The notes beneath the pieces are model-generated. The model had not been told where the DNA came from. It made no database searches and saw only the letters and a program-made list of their open reading frames with translations. This document shows positions 37,315 through 51,760 of a DNA stretch of 64,000 nt, one piece after another (the first letter of the stretch is position 1; every line of letters begins with the position of its first letter). Where the stretch lies: NCBI GenBank assembly GCA_051294905.1, contig CM119378.1:620001-684000 (forward strand). Reading direction: 5' to 3'. Origin of the DNA: Botryllus schlosseri (Eukaryota). The translations under genes and the position numbers were made by a program.

Positions 37315-40300
37315 ATGTCATCTAAGCTCATGCTGAAGCCAACGACTGACGCGTCTTCGGTGTCAAGTTTTCGGACTCAGTCTGACAAGTAAGTGAACTA
37401 CATACGGGCAGGCTTTGCTGCTTTAGTCGCAGAACTTTAGTCGCAGAAACCCTATGATTCAATAATTCCCCATCACTGTGATTTGCATACGCTCGCAGCT
37501 TCACCAGACCAGACTTGGACAACCAGTCCATTCAAAATAGACTGGATAGAGCGAAATGCCGGTAATCTAATTCAAATCAAATTTGTGAAATGGTTTAAAT
37601 TCTAATATAGTTACTGGTTTTCCTGAAAATGATACAGGAGAACTGTATCTTGTGAAACGAGCCAAGCTTGATGTACAGACATTTGCCATTCTCGTGCTTA
37701 CGAGAATCAACTCTGATTTGGTATGACCATAGTGTCCTATATGGTGTCGACACAAGCAAATCTCACGGCTCAGTGAAATTGTATCACGTCACAATTTCCA
37801 TTTGGCTACAGGCAATTTGACGGTCATTTTTGACCGGCTTGCCGAGCATAAATCAATCGAAAGCTGACTCTGCACTGATTACGAAAATATAAATTTTATT
37901 CCGCTCGTGGCCCTGGAACTCCCACAATCAGCCTCGAATTTATCATTGTTATGGAGATGGGCATTGGGACGCAACAATGCTGTCTGGCGAAACGAGAGAG
38001 TAGCTCATGACGCAACAATGCTGTCTGGCGAAACGAGAGAGTAGCTCAAGAGAAAAAGGTCCAAAAAGCATTGTTGCGTCCCAATGCCACTATGCCACTA
38101 TGGTATGACCTATAGACCAGTGCTCTTCGACATTTTTCGTCGTGGTACACCCTTTTAGCGTTCACTCCAATCTCATACACCCCTGACTGTATAACACAGG
38201 GGTGGGCAAACTACGGCTCGCGGGCCGCATGCGGCCCGCAACACCGTTTTCTGCGGCCCGCGAAAGCCTCAAGAAACGCTGTAAAAAATTGAGAAAATGC
38301 CTACAAAAATCAAATTGGTGCGGGTACTTGATTAAACTTTTTCTCAATATATTTCAACATGATAATGATAAGTTATATTCTTACCAGAAATTTTTCGCGC
38401 TTCGCGCGTTAAGACGAAGCAAGCACAAAAAGGATACCCAATCTATATGATAAGTAGGGGCAAACAGCGTATATAGCAGAAGTTCGGTTTATCACCGAAT
38501 GAGGGGGCCCAAAACCAATGTTCTGGGGGGGGGGTCTGACGAAGTGCTGTTACGGTCCTGATGCTTATCATGGTATTTTTTATTCCATTGATGGCGCGAT
38601 AGCCCGACCTCGAGAGTCGAGACCCATGTATTTTGCAAGGTTTCAATTTCTCACAGAAAGTGAAGGTAAATAACTTAATTCGGACCGCGAGTGTGATTTT
38701 AGATTGCCAACACGAGCAAATTCATTTCAGTTAGTGCTGTACTTGGAAAAACTGATTCGCTAGTGTGTTATATATATTGGTTCTTTGTATGTGGAGAAGT
38801 ATTTATATTTATAATATTAATATATTGTAGAATCGTAATGATGGTCATGATGCTGTCAGCATTGTGTGTCCTGGAGTTGAACCAAAAGAATAATCAGCAT
38901 AGCATATCTATGAACAGATCGCTGGTCACAGACTTAATTTACATCCAACTTTAAGAATCGGGACAATCGACCTTCATATTTAATTTTGACCATGGGGACA
39001 ACCAGCTTATAAATTCTTGTCAATGTTTCTAACGCGTATACGTTATCCTCAAATCAATGTCTGGTTTGTTTTGAATATACAAATACATATATATTATTTC
39101 CATGTCGTCGGTCACTATATAATCATACAACAATATTGGATTTGCGCTTAGTATCCCAATTTTATTTTGTGCGGCCCGCGAATGGATTCAAATGCTGAAT
39201 GCGGCCCGCGAGCTTAAACGTTTGCCCACCCCTGGTATAACACATTGATTCCGTATAGTAAGCCTGAACCAGGGGTATTCAACCGTTTTGCTATTCGTGG
39301 CCGTACTTCGATTCCATATACATCATATACGGCCGGCGGAGACTCGTCATGGCCCATCTGGGCGTCTTATACTCATGGTGAATTAACTACTGGGAGCCTC
39401 GCACCGCCGAGAGCCCATGTGGTGTTCTGTGCTATCACTGAATTCTTGAGACATATCTTACGTTAAAAGTGTATGTATATTGTATATCATGAGTCGGTGT
39501 ACATGCCGCAAAAACATCAAGGACAAAAATCCTTTCCTTCTGCTCCAAAATGATCCGATTAGCCCATTACCAACATGTAAATCATGAGTAGGGCGATTTT
39601 TTTACCTAAAAAACGGAAGATTTTGACCTGAAAATCAAAAATTTGACCAAATTTTGACCTCACGTATGCAAATTAGGTGTTTTCGCACATAATGTTAAAA
39701 TTGTAGCCTACTACTTATCTCCATTTCTGGTTGGAACTGTCTGTCGTTACAAAGTAGATTGACCTGAAAAAAAAAACGTTTTTGCTCAAAAACTGACAAA
39801 TTTGTACATGAAAAAAAACTAGTATTTTACCGAAATCTGGCCCTATGAAGAATTCCGTAATTACGTATTATGATGGAAATAATTAAAATTTGTTGTAGTA
39901 CAACGAAAGATACTTTCCTACATTTTCGAGTAGAAAGTGTCTGTCCTTACTGAGTATAGCTTGCCAAGAATGGAGAAAGAATGTTCAACAGCAGCAGTTG
40001 TTGGCTGACAACACTGAAGTTGTGTGTACACTGTTGGTGACACACCGTTTTGCTTCATTCTGACAATGTTGTCTATATCACGATTTTTCAGCTTGCGCTT
40101 CTTGAAATAAGAACCATGCAATGTCCACGCAGTCTTGCTTCAGTTAGGATTTGCGGTACGTTGACCATAAAACCATGACACTATTTGTTTCATTTGACCG
40201 TTTATGATTCACAATGAGCAGACGATGGGCCGTTTACAACGGTAGGCCTATAAAGTAGGCTACAAGCTGTATAATTTCAAATGATAAGTTCACCGACAGC

Positions 40301-43300
40301 GCAAAATCTACTATACAAACGAAATACAAAGGTCAAAAAATGTTTGACTTTGTAAACAATTTTGACAAATTTTGACTTAACGCTACAATTTTGACCTAAT
40401 TTTGACTTTTTTTGACATGTCAAAAAAAATCGCCCTAAGCATGAGGAGAAGCATATGCATATGACTTCACAAAAGGAATGTAATTTGCAAGCAACGTACA
40501 GCTGATATGAACATTGTACGATATTGCAGACGCGGTGAACATGTTCTGAACCATAAATTTGCCAACGTATTGTGATAGCTAGTTATTGGTCCATTTTACA
40601 CCCCAGTACACCCCATCTGAGTGGTACATCCTTTGAAGATTTTGGTACACACTGGGTTGAAGAGCCCTGCTCCAGAATTAATTTTTTCTTTCTCATGCAG
40701 GATTTAATTCAATTTCCAATTTTTTGCGAATTCATTCATTTTAATTCTAATCTAATTTGCGAAAATCTGTGTAGGTAAATGTGGGTAAAAATTATAATAT
40801 AATTGGGAAAAGCTCACGTTGACCAACTCTGGACCAGGCATCGCCGTATGAACCAATGAGGCAAAACATCAGTATAAAAAATAAGAATGTACAAACTTAT
40901 CGCGTCGGCTCCTGATTTTCAAGGCACCGTGTTATTGGTTGACGCGAAATACTCAAATTTATTGCTGTAGTTTCAGCCAATCAACATTCAAAAACGGCCA
41001 CCCGGAAACTGTCTTCTCGTCGAACTCCTACAACAGCACAGTTCTGAGCGGCTTCAACGAGCTGAGGGCTAATAATTTACTCTGTGACGTGACGCTGATT
41101 ACTGGAAACCAGCGCTTTCCGGTTCACCGCGCTCTGCTTGCATCATGCAGTCCTTACTTCAGGGAAATGTTCACTAAGGACACCAAAAATGGTGAGGCTC
41201 AAAATTGTATACAAGAAATCGAAAAATAACAGGCTGCCTTCCAGCTGAAATTTGTCGTAACGACGGTTCCAAGTACACCTGGTTTTCTGAGTCCATTGAA
41301 CTGCGTGGAATCAGTAGCGACGGCTTGAAGCATATCGTCGAGTTCATGTACACCGGCAGGCTGCCGATCAACATGAACATCGTGCAAAACATTCTTGCTG
41401 TTGGAAGACATATGCAGGTAAGATATCGATGTAATATCTATTCTGCACTGTTACAGTGCAGTCCGGCATCAATGTAGAAATAGAAGTGAGAAAGTTTCAA
41501 TGCGTAGACCCGAGTCGCAATATGCAATCAGTGCGACGAGCCTTGATGTCACTTTAATCATTTGTCAACTACAGATCCAAGCCGTCCTCGACTTTTGCAT
41601 GGAATTTCTGATCTCGGCGATCGATGTGAACACCTGTGTTGATATCATCCACATTGCTGAAGTGTTCAGCATGTCCCTTCTAGAAGAAAAAGCTTACAAG
41701 TTCATGCTTGAACGGTAATTATACGTAAAATTGCTTCTAGCTGAAGCCTGTGGTTATTTTGGGAAGGTTTGTTTTGGTAGAAGAGCTAGTTTATTTTTGA
41801 TTACTTACTAAATGGCGCTCTTATGCCCATGATAAGTTTTCTTCGTTTTATATACCATCATAAACAGCCAGAACGAGTGTATATCTTTGCTTAATAGCTC
41901 CAGGGCCCGGCCTACCATGAGGATCATATCACCGTCACTAGTCTGTACCGTTATGTACAGTTAGCCCCACGCTAATATCATTGAAAATGTGTTTTTGTTC
42001 TGGAGATTTTTACATGCTATAATTTGTTTGTTGCTGATGTTCCAGGTGACGAAACAATAAAATCTCTCTCTTTTCTCTCATCACCTATGATTGGTGCGCC
42101 TTTGGTAATTATCATGCCTGGCTTCATGAAATAACCATGGGAAAAGACTCTTCCGTCCCTTCGTGTTTAGGTTTCATGAAACCGACTCCATCATATTTGT
42201 GCTTCCAGATTCCCCGACTTTCTGAAATCGAACCAGCTCCAGAAGCTTACTTTCGAGAACATGAACTACCTGCTGGAGAGCAACGACCTGAAGGTTATGT
42301 CGGAACTCGATGTTTTCGCCGCGACGCTGAAGTGGATCATGTACGATCCATCCAGGTCTGTCTCAGCAGCTGACTGCTCCCGGCTGTCGCGTGACTACGG
42401 CTTGTTTTTTTTTCAGACAAGCTTTCATCCGCAAGCTAATGGAAAAGATTCGTTTTCCGTTGATGCCACCGAGAGATTTGATGGTCCATGTCAACGTGGT
42501 CGACTTCATGAGGTCAAAATGCAATGATTTGCTGCTCGAGGTATATAGAATTGTTCGCTTGATCTTCGTGAATTCGCCTTATTTGCACGACCAACTCTTT
42601 TCTAACAGGCTAGCAGCTATCACATGCTTCCTCATTCGCAACCAATCGTTCCGTCCTCGAGGACTCGCGTCAGATCAAACGACACGCGACTCGTGGTTCT
42701 GGGTGGAGCAGACAACACCGATGAAGTGTCCAACCAATTGAAAGGTATTAACTATTTCGCATTAAAAGCAGCATTTACGCTTACTAGGGGCTTTTAAATC
42801 TATTCGATCGCGAACCCCTTTAAGTTTTTTGGGATGTCGCGTGTACCCCATAAATTTGAGAACCCGATGGCTAAAAACAGCTCTTTACTTTGATACCCAA
42901 TCTCGGTTTAGGCTATATAGTGTCCAAATGGCTATCTGATAACTAACTAAATAGAGACCTTCACTTTGTGGTCCGTGGCCCAATCTTGGAGGCTATCTGA
43001 TGTTTAAATAGCTACCTCGTGACTATATAAGAAAGATCATCACATCAAGCTTAACTATATTGAGGCTATTCCATGATTAAGTGAAGCTAACCTAACTAAT
43101 GATTACAGCACGACGTCAGTCCTAAAGGATAATCTGGTTTTGTAGTTTCTTGATGCTGAATTTCAACATTTCCCTTTCGTAGACCCATTTTAAGGACCCT
43201 TTGCTAAACCTTCCTTTAACGGCAGTGTTCAACCGTGAGCTGACCGCTTACACTCTTTTGCCGAGCATGGACACCGGAGTCCATTCTCACTGCGTCGCAG

Positions 43301-45708
43301 TTCTCAACAACTTCCTTTACATCTTGGGCGGACAAAACCATTTCGAGGAGAGAGGAAAGACCGCCGTTACCACCGTTACCAGGTACGCTCGATTTTCACG
43401 TGACTCTAACGGCGCGATACGTTCAACAACGCGATGCAATTAGACATCTGAATTATTCTTGACCGATATTTGCAGTCTAAATTTTTACTGATGCTTTTTA
43501 AGCAGTTGTTTTGAAGGCAAAGACTACGCCACATTTGGCCACTAGTTTAGTTACAAATGCAGTTTTAATGTGAATTCAACGAATTCACACATATCTTTAA
43601 ACAAACAGTAAATTATGGTTAAAGAGATGTTCATACGGAATATTTAAGCCTCAAGACTCCAGCTTGTAGAAAAGCCATTCATGCAACAGTAACAGAACTG
43701 CCCACACCTTATACATTTAATCCGTCGCCCCTGACAAGTGTGAAATGTGGATGTATCTTTTCAACCCAAGATGCCCAATGTCCCGAGTAGGTTTGAGTCC
43801 GGGTTGCTAATGCCACGAAAGGGACGGTGGTGTGACCGTACTGTAGTGGTGTCACAAATAGTAAAATTCACTAGCGAACTCAAGGGATAAATGTATTGAA
43901 TGTCAAAGGCTATGTGCTTGTGTGCTATTCTATAGCAACTGTTATCTGGTTTGACAGCCTACTGCAGGAACTTCTAGACTGCGACTGCTACTTCAAGGGC
44001 TTATTTTTTTTAATGGAATGCTATTTTTACATCTCTAGTTTCCATTGAAGGTACGATCCGCGCTTCAATACTTGGATGAAGATTGCCAGCATGAACGAGA
44101 GACGGGCTGGCTTTCACGCGAGCGCAATTCCAGCTTACAATCGATTGTACGCTGTAGGCGGCGTGAATTCCGTCGGAAGGCTTTCTTCTGTTGAATGCTA
44201 TTGCGTCGAAGAAGATCGATGGAAGTACGTTGCTTCCACTCAGAACGCGTTGTGCGACCACAACGGATCGGTGCACCGCGACAAGCTGTACGTGAGCGGA
44301 GGATTCAGCGACGGCAACTTCAGCGACGCCCTGCTTTGCTACAACCCGAAACACGATATTTGGGAGCGCAGGTCGCCGATGCAGTACGCGAGAGGATGGC
44401 ACAGTCAAGTCACCTTCAAAGACAAGTACGTTGAACAACTGAGTAGTAGGGTTGGCCAAAACCGAGTACGAGGATGATTCGATTCGAGTATTCAAATATC
44501 ACTCATGATGGTATCAGAACAGTGTGAATGGTGTGTGAGGTTCAAATATGTACCATTGTCCCAATCGCAAGGAATATATTGCCAGTTCTACGTCACATTA
44601 CAATGCTGCAGATCGATGAAGAGTTTACAGATATGTCATTTGAACAACGCGCGTAGCTTAAATGTACTACATGTTTCGCAAGCTGCAATACGACCAATCG
44701 AGTTTTGCACATTCCGCGACACAGGACAATAGCATCGAAAGCCCGACCGAATATCGGTTCGCCCATAATATCGAGTTGATATCACACTTTGAAGAAATGA
44801 TAGGTATCGGCCATTAGAGGTGAAAAAATATCGGCAATGTTCGTGACGTCACAACATGGTTGTAGGAAGTCATAACACTGTAATCCTTGGCCGCTAGACT
44901 GGGAATATTGCTGTATTTCATATAGTTTACACTTTCAAGATGTCCAGATGCAGCCTTTCTAGTTTATTTCATGTTCGAGTATGACAATGCCTGTAAAGCT
45001 GTTAAACTGGCTGCTCTGAAGTTATGAAAATGCGCATTTTGTGGTAGATTCCACTTAATTTGAATATCGGCTGAATATATCAGTGTTATCGGTGGAGGTG
45101 ATATATATTAGTCCAAAAATCCAATATCGGTGGGGCCCTAATCGAAACTATAACTATCGTTGATGAATTGCCACTTAATATGCCTCTAGTTACATGCTCT
45201 TGCTAGGCCAAGGTGGGTGTCCGATTAAAAGACTGTTCCATGTCAATTAGACACCCTCATAATCTCGTGCTTGATCTGATGAAAATTTTAATAAATGATT
45301 GACTGCCAGACGTAGTCCTAATTCACGCTATTTCAGGGTATACGTGATCGGAGGCAACACCGGAATCAGCAAGAGAGTCGACGTACTCGACACTGAAGTT
45401 TACACCCCTGATTTCGACCAATGGACGACCGTCACGCCCATTTCGATGGGTCAGAGCGAAGCCGGCGCCACAGCGGTAAGAAATGACGCAAATCTGCAAA
45501 CTCAGTCGCTTTGATTCTATGTTTAAAACAGCTGGATGGCAAGCTCTTCGTGGTAGGAGGATACTGCTGGGCCGCCCGCCGATGCATCAAAGTAATCCAA
45601 ACATACGACCCCGACAAAGAGGAGTGGGAAAGAGTCGGCAACCTGCCGCGAGGTCTTGCCGGACTGAGGCTTTGCACTTTGACCCTCCCCCATCACCTCG
45701 TTCGATAG
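37315..45708 (+). CDS. KLHL9/13-like: Kelch-like protein, KLHL9/KLHL13-like (BTB-BACK-6 Kelch; CUL3 adaptor family), ~620 aa
   Basis: Exons 37315-37388, 40971-41191, 41245-41417, 41575-41714, 42209-42355, 42417-42540, 42609-42744, 43226-43382, 44051-44425, 45337-45475, 45532-45708; GT-AG, phases consistent, 1863 nt. BTB LLCDVTL...FPVHRALLASCSPYF; six GG Kelch repeats; NFLYILGGQ...GKTAV..V.RYDPRFN.W resembles KLHL9/13. The first exon is the least certain. AATAAA at 45918-45923. Confidence 0.88.
37960..38088. repeat. 22-bp inverted repeat enclosing a ~41-bp tandem duplication
   Basis: GGCATTGGGACGCAACAATGCT (37960-37981) is the reverse complement of 38067-38088; GACGCAACAATGCTGTCTGGCGAAACGAGAGAGTAGCTCA occurs twice in between. 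Confidence 0.85.
38197..39234. mobile_element. Non-autonomous hAT-type element
   Basis: TIR CAGGGGTGGGCAAAC/GTTTGCCCACCCCTG; perfect TSD GTATAACA; GCGGCCCGC subterminal repeats. Confidence 0.92.
39589..40437 (-). mobile_element. Deleted hAT transposon with dimerization-domain remnant
   Basis: 15-bp TIR TAGGGCGATTTTTTT; TSD ATCATGAG/AGCATGAG (7/8); TTTGAC subterminal repeats; minus-strand CQPTTAAVEHSFSILGKL at ~39960-40020. Confidence 0.88.
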
Positions 45709-47182
45709 GTTTCATCCCGGTTTTGTTTGTAAAGGCTCTATGTATAGAACATATTCAAGAAGGAATAAGGAAATTCCATCCTTTCGTATATATATATCTT
45801 GGAGTTGAGTACTGGAAGTGTAGCTCACACAAGTTTACAGAGTCTACTCGTCATCTATACTTAAGTATGCTCGTAAACAGATATGGTAAAAGTAATAATC
45901 TTTAGTACTCGCGTACAAATAAATGTCAGTTCGTACATTTTTAAATTGTAGAAATTACCGATCAAGTAGAAAGTAAGTATTCGAGGCCTAGTTTCGTCTA
46001 AAAGTCGGGAATCGTTAAGTGGGAGCAGTCTGACAAATATCCAGTTGACTAACTAGTGAGAGTATGGGCGAAACCTATCTTGGTCCTTCAAAAAATTAGA
46101 AATTCGTCCTTCGACCAATACTGCTCGTATAAAGTATAGACATATAGGGGTGGTTATGGTGGTTCCTGCCATCTATCCTTCGATATCGGTCACAGCAAGC
46201 TGTTCAGTGTCATACCAGGTTCCTCGTGACAAGGACAATGCAAATTGCTGCGAATGCACATTCTGTACATTTCTGATTTCGCATCTTATGATATTTTTAC
46301 CACTTGAAAGCTATTTCATGTTCTGAATAATCACTTTATTCCTCAACCACGGCGGACATCGGCGACTCGTAATCCAAACTATTTACAGGGCAAGTATCGG
46401 TAGGCACTGTTTTAGTGCGTTGTGCACCTCGAATGTAGAGCTGGTTCAAAACCACTGAGATGTATTTAAACAGCGGAGAGCGTATAACTCCAGTGAGAAT
46501 GCGCGTAGCGATCATTTACCGTTTACTTATGAAGGAAACTCATATTGCGGTATACATTGAAAAGCTTTGAATGGTGAATAGTATATTTATATTATATACG
46601 AGATAGCGAAGGGACATACGTTCCACAGCTGCAGCCCCAATGGGTTGCGAGCATGCCTCAGTGAGTTGCCAGTACTGGTATAGGAGCATAAGCTGCCGCC
46701 CCTGGCTTTTGTGAAAAATGCTTCCCTAAATATACTGCAGTAAATTTTGAAATAGTATAATGTTAAAGCAATCTTATCTCTCATAAGAATTACAAATAAC
46801 GTACCGCGTCTCACAAGTTCACATCCATCGTAAGATAAAGTCTCAAACACAAGCATAAATATGATGTCGAATGAAGTATAGGTGCTCAGTCTCTCACCGT
46901 AAAACATCAATCGCTAGTAGTGTAGTAGATCGCTGGTTGTGGCTTATGGGCCCGCTCGCACGCCGCTGCGAAAACCCGTATTTGTGACCCCACCCTTTGG
47001 ACCCCCCTATCGCTCGCGCGCGGCTATTGCGTCTTATGGGTCCTCTAGCACGGTAACCTTTTTCGGTATAGGGATCGCTCGCACGCGGCTTCGAAACTCG
47101 TGGTCGCACGACCACCCTTTTTGATCCCCTGTCGCTCGCATGCAGCTATTGTGTCTTATCGTTGAATGGTAACCCTTTAAGG

Positions 47183-47724
47183 CAGAGGTCTCAAACACGC
47201 GGCCCGCGGGCCGCATGCGCAACTTCAAGATATTTGGCTATGAGATTAATAGCCTCAGAAGTAGCCTACAACCGAATCCTGGATTGGAATTACAATGCTC
47301 AACCTAAAAATGTTTTGATATCAGATCAGTCTCTATTATCAATCTGTTAAATTCAAAATATTCATAGTAGCTGCAAAATTAAAACCCAATAACTCTTATG
47401 ATGGTATCACACATTTTTCCGCCCATACGGTGTCTATATCTTATAATGGATATATATCAAGTACAACAACAATTCTATTCAAATAGTTATAAATGTGATG
47501 ATTCTTTCCGTGCCTGGCCCAAATTGATACAAGAGCAAATCACATTTTGACGAAGTGTGTTTACTGTCAGTCTGCTGAATCGGCTCACTTTCAATAGGAC
47601 AATTCATTCCCGCCAAATAAGGCCTATTTGGAAAGACATAAAATACCCCTATAAGTGTTGCGGCCCGCGGCGTCGTCAAAACGGGAAAACTGGCCCGCGA
47701 GCACATTTGAGTTTGAGACCTCTG
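47183..47724. mobile_element. hAT-type MITE
   Basis: TIR CAGAGGTCTCAAAC/GTTTGAGACCTCTG; perfect TSD CTTTAAGG. Confidence 0.9.
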
Positions 47725-49178
47725 CTTTAAGGTATAGGCATCTCTCGCATGTCGTATTGAAAACTCCTGTTGCCAAGTCGTACTTTTAGGTATAGGCATC
47801 TCTCGCATGTCGTACTTTCAGGTATATAGGCATACCGATCACTCATAAGGCAATAATTTGGTAATTAGTTATCGCAGAACCCACTTTCACTGGAAGAATA
47901 ATAAGTAACGAATAACAGAACCGTCGCAGACGGTGATTCGAACGCCGACAAATTCTCACTTATTTCTGCTCTAACCCTAATACTGTGCGGAGTTCACGCT
48001 TATTCAAAAAGGTGTGAAATAATTGCAAAATCCTACGGTCGCTCATAGGATAATGCTTCAGACATAGCGTCAGCTCAACATCAAGATTCGAAAACAACAA
48101 CTTGACGCTTTATGTTTTAACTCTTATTGATAAGTACAATAAGTAACGAATAACAGAATCGCCACTGACGGGACTTAACAAATTGTCACTTACTGGTCCA
48201 ACTCTAATCTTTTTAAGAGTCTAACTCTTTTGAAACTGAGTATTACTTGACTTGACCGACATTCAGTTCCGTTTTCAGATAATTTGAGAGATTATTTGAG
48301 ATTATTCGCTATATGTTTTGCCACTTCGGAATAGTGGTTGACTTTAGTTGTATCATAAGAATCATGAGAATATTCAATCAATGTACTAATTTGTCAACTT
48401 GAAATGAAACTCGCCACACAATTCAAGTTAATCGTATCCGAACCCGTTAATTCGTTACCTCGACGCCAAGATAATATATTATTCAAAGTTTGTGTACATG
48501 GTACTGTGTTATCGTCGGTAATAGGAATGGTGCTTCTCGCTTGTGATAATCCATTATTGATTTGAATAACGACAACTCATGAGACCCCACAACTTTATTA
48601 ACAAGTCAGTTATTTTTGTCGTAGCTGGAAATGTAATCGTTAGTAGGCTACATCTTACCACACTCAAAAGAATTATTCACAACAGCATTCGCAAGTGTTA
48701 AATCCAGTGTTCACTTACTTGAATATATCAAGAGCTTCTTGGAGGTACAGAACTTCAATATACAGTTGAATCTTGAATAGTATAATAATATTGAAATGAA
48801 CCCGAATATTTTCGGCTGACACTCGTGTTGATGTCAAGAATGATCATGACGATTTTGACGAATAAATTAGTTAATGTGGTAATAACTATATCCGTAAAGA
48901 GTTGCTGACATTCCGATATACGTATGTACGGATTCACTTACGGCCAGATGCTTATAGAAACCAGATTCATATAGCAAGCTCCCCCTCAAGAAGTTACATC
49001 GCTCAAAATCATTATTTATGTGGACGGGAAGGGGTGAGAACTTGTGCTTTCGGTCCCGGTCTCACAACACACAACAACATACTCCTGAGCCGGATCATGA
49101 CCACCTCTGGCTCATTCACATAATGCATGCCATGACGTCATTCTATCGTTTTTCGAGTACTTAAAGGGGCACTGCACT

Positions 49179-49416
49179 CTAAAAATGTCCAGGATCAGAG
49201 CCGAAGCTTCCGAAAGTAGTCATCTGTCGTTCGATCCTTTCGTTCCAAACTGGAAAAGATGGCGGCCGTTGCGCGAGTCGAAAACACGGACCCGGTTGTT
49301 GGTGGAGTTACTGACGACCACCTGTGAAAAGGAGAAAGGTCACGGGAGTTCAACCGTCAACGACAACTCACGTACTCTGGTCGGGTGGTTATAATCTAGG
49401 GCATGGAAGTATTTCC
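49179..49416 (-). pseudogene. NHL-repeat gene fragment (degenerate)
   Basis: After acceptor TTTTCACAG (exon start 49321): VVVSNSTNNRVRVFDSRNGRHLFQFGTKGSNDR* (TGA at 49220-49222); a shifted frame continues TTFGSFGSDPGHF. Both match the NHL beta-propeller repeat pattern. A possible small upstream exon lies at ~49377-49416. Confidence 0.6.
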
Positions 49417-51760
49417 TGCAAAAAATCTTAACATTTGTTACAAATCTTGTACAAAATATAATAATTTTTCAATCTAATACTCAGAATTTCTTCGCGGGCC
49501 AGATGAATTCGTCTGGCGTGCCGGATGTCTTGTTTGAATGCCGAAATTGAATTTGAAAATTTAGGTCAGATTTAGAGCAAATTGCGAGTGATATGCCGTA
49601 AATTAGCACAGAAGTGACGCTCTGGCGGGTATTTCGGAGTGAAAAACGGTGGTTTCAGCTCTGAGCGACAAGTTGCCTTTTTTTTTAGTCATCCACCTAG
49701 CAATGCGGAGAGAAAAACGGTATTTTGAGCTCTGAGCGGAAAGATGACCTTTTTTTTTAGTCAACCGATCACAAAGTGGGAAAAATTCAACGGTTTTTGA
49801 GAATTCTTCTCAGGATTTGCAAGTCTCAAATTTCTGAAAAAGTGTCCTCTTTTTAGATTTCCAAAATATGGTAAGCCTAATATAATATATACATCATTGC
49901 CCAAACGTACCAGAAGTTCAGAACACCTTCTTTCGTGAGACGCAGATATGATTTTAAATTGATATTTATTCATGGTCCGCATTGTTTTTGGCTTCGGCTC
50001 ACACTTGTACGCAGGGGACCAGATTTCAAGGACTTTCTAATAATTAGGTCACTAGGCGCAATAATTCGAGAGCCAATTTGTAAATTCATATTGGGTGTCC
50101 GCCGAAACAAGCAAATTTAATGTGTAGACGACTGCAAAATTATTGTTCTGTGACCGTAGGTTGGCTACCCCTGGTGGTAATTTGGTAGCGAGATCGGGGT
50201 AACTTGAAAGTTGCCCTAATTACGCTAAGAAAGAAGGATAAAGAAAGTGAAATATTGGTTTCTTTATTGCGAGCGGCACTGGAACAATAGATAAGTGAAG
50301 CTTGTTACGGGCGCGATTGGGGAAAAGAATATGGATGTCACGGCAAGGCATGCCAGAACACAGAAAACATTCTGATTTCCCTTGCAATTTCTCTATATTC
50401 ATTGCTCTGCGTCGAATAGTTTTATGTTATAACACAGAATTATAGGTGTGGTGCAGTAGTCCCGTCATCATTCACCCATGAATGTATGATTACGCCATAT
50501 CTAGCATGAAGCAAGTATTTAGAGATAGGAGAAAAGGAGACTGTACACTAAAACTACGGCATTAACGTTGAATAAACTGATTGTATTGAGTCGGCTATAG
50601 TATATCTCATACCCAAGATATTTGGTTAGCTATACTTCTAATACTGATCAATCCAGAGACATTAACTTAATGTTGCAATGGCAATGCCCCTATTGTCATA
50701 CAGGACGAGCACTCGAGCAGCCACTGAGCCTTTACGGAGCTCAAACCATGTCCAATGACAAGTTCTAGCCGCTCTGTTGATCCTTCGCAATTTCTGCGCC
50801 GGTCAGCAGCCTTCGGTCCCATGACCTACTGAACCGGCCACGGTAGGTACAAAAGGCTTGCTTAATATCTTGGCAATCGACAGGTAAAAGTCTACCGGAA
50901 TACCTGGTACCAGCAGTCTTACAATTTAAATCAGTGGTTCCCAACGTGGGCGTGGTTCCCAGGGGGTGATTTGGCGGTCTATGGGGGCGATGTCGCGTTA
51001 AAACGGCTATATTGGAGTCAAGTCGGTGAAATGACCTTTTTTTAGTCAACTCACGTAAAAGTATAATTTCGAGGTCGAGCCGAAAAGTCGACCTTTTCTT
51101 TCAGGTGATTACAGTTTTTATGCCCATTTTTCGGTTCCCAAGATTTGGGGGCGATGAGTCGAAAAAGGTTGGGAACCACTGATTTAAACTCTTGCGCAAC
51201 CAGATTTTGCCTGAATACCAGCACAACTTAATTTCTTCAACACTACACAACATAGTCGCCCAGCACTGCCTGGATTTCACGATGGTGAAGATACGAGATC
51301 GCACGCGCTGTTCCAACCTATATTGAGCATTTTCGCTACGTGGCCACTGCAGTTTTGTGCGGTATAAACCAACCCGCTAAAATGCCAGTCTCGAATAAAC
51401 GGCGACTGACAAGCACAACTGACTAATAAATAATAGAGTACCAGCCAAAACTAGTTGATCTATTAATAAAACGCCTGACATTGGCTGTTGTATGGATGAA
51501 GACTCATTTTTACAGTACACAATGGTTTTTCAACATCACAATGCAGCGAATACAGTGAACAGAGTTGAAAAAGAGGCGCTAAATCTTGACAGCTCCAACT
51601 TTCGAAACAAACTGACACACAAATTTTGACACGCAAGTGCAAAGGAATTGCCCACAAACAGGTGAAGGCCGTTCCGGGTAGGAAAGTCAGTTAAGACTTC
51701 AAGTCTCACATTGACAGTTATAAAGTGCGACATTTACTGAATAAGATAAGTACAACGAGT

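Larger units (their letters stand above)
38118..40669. mobile_element. Older hAT-type element (family of 21424-24414) hosting nested elements
   Basis: Ends CAGTGCTCTTCGAC / GTTGAAGAGCCCTG, GGTACAC subterminal motifs, degenerate TSD (5/8). Confidence 0.6.

Noticed and set aside
41192..41232. 41-nt ultra-short intron in the KLHL gene
   Set aside because: An in-frame acceptor at 41243-41244 has a better pyrimidine tract and gives a 53-nt intron similar to others here.
47970..47981. Telomere-like CTAACCCTAA
   Set aside because: Fewer than two full units; not an array.
50700..51049. Candidate downstream EFHC1 exon
   Set aside because: No EF-hand-like sequence in the minus-strand frames I read, and no suitable upstream donor.
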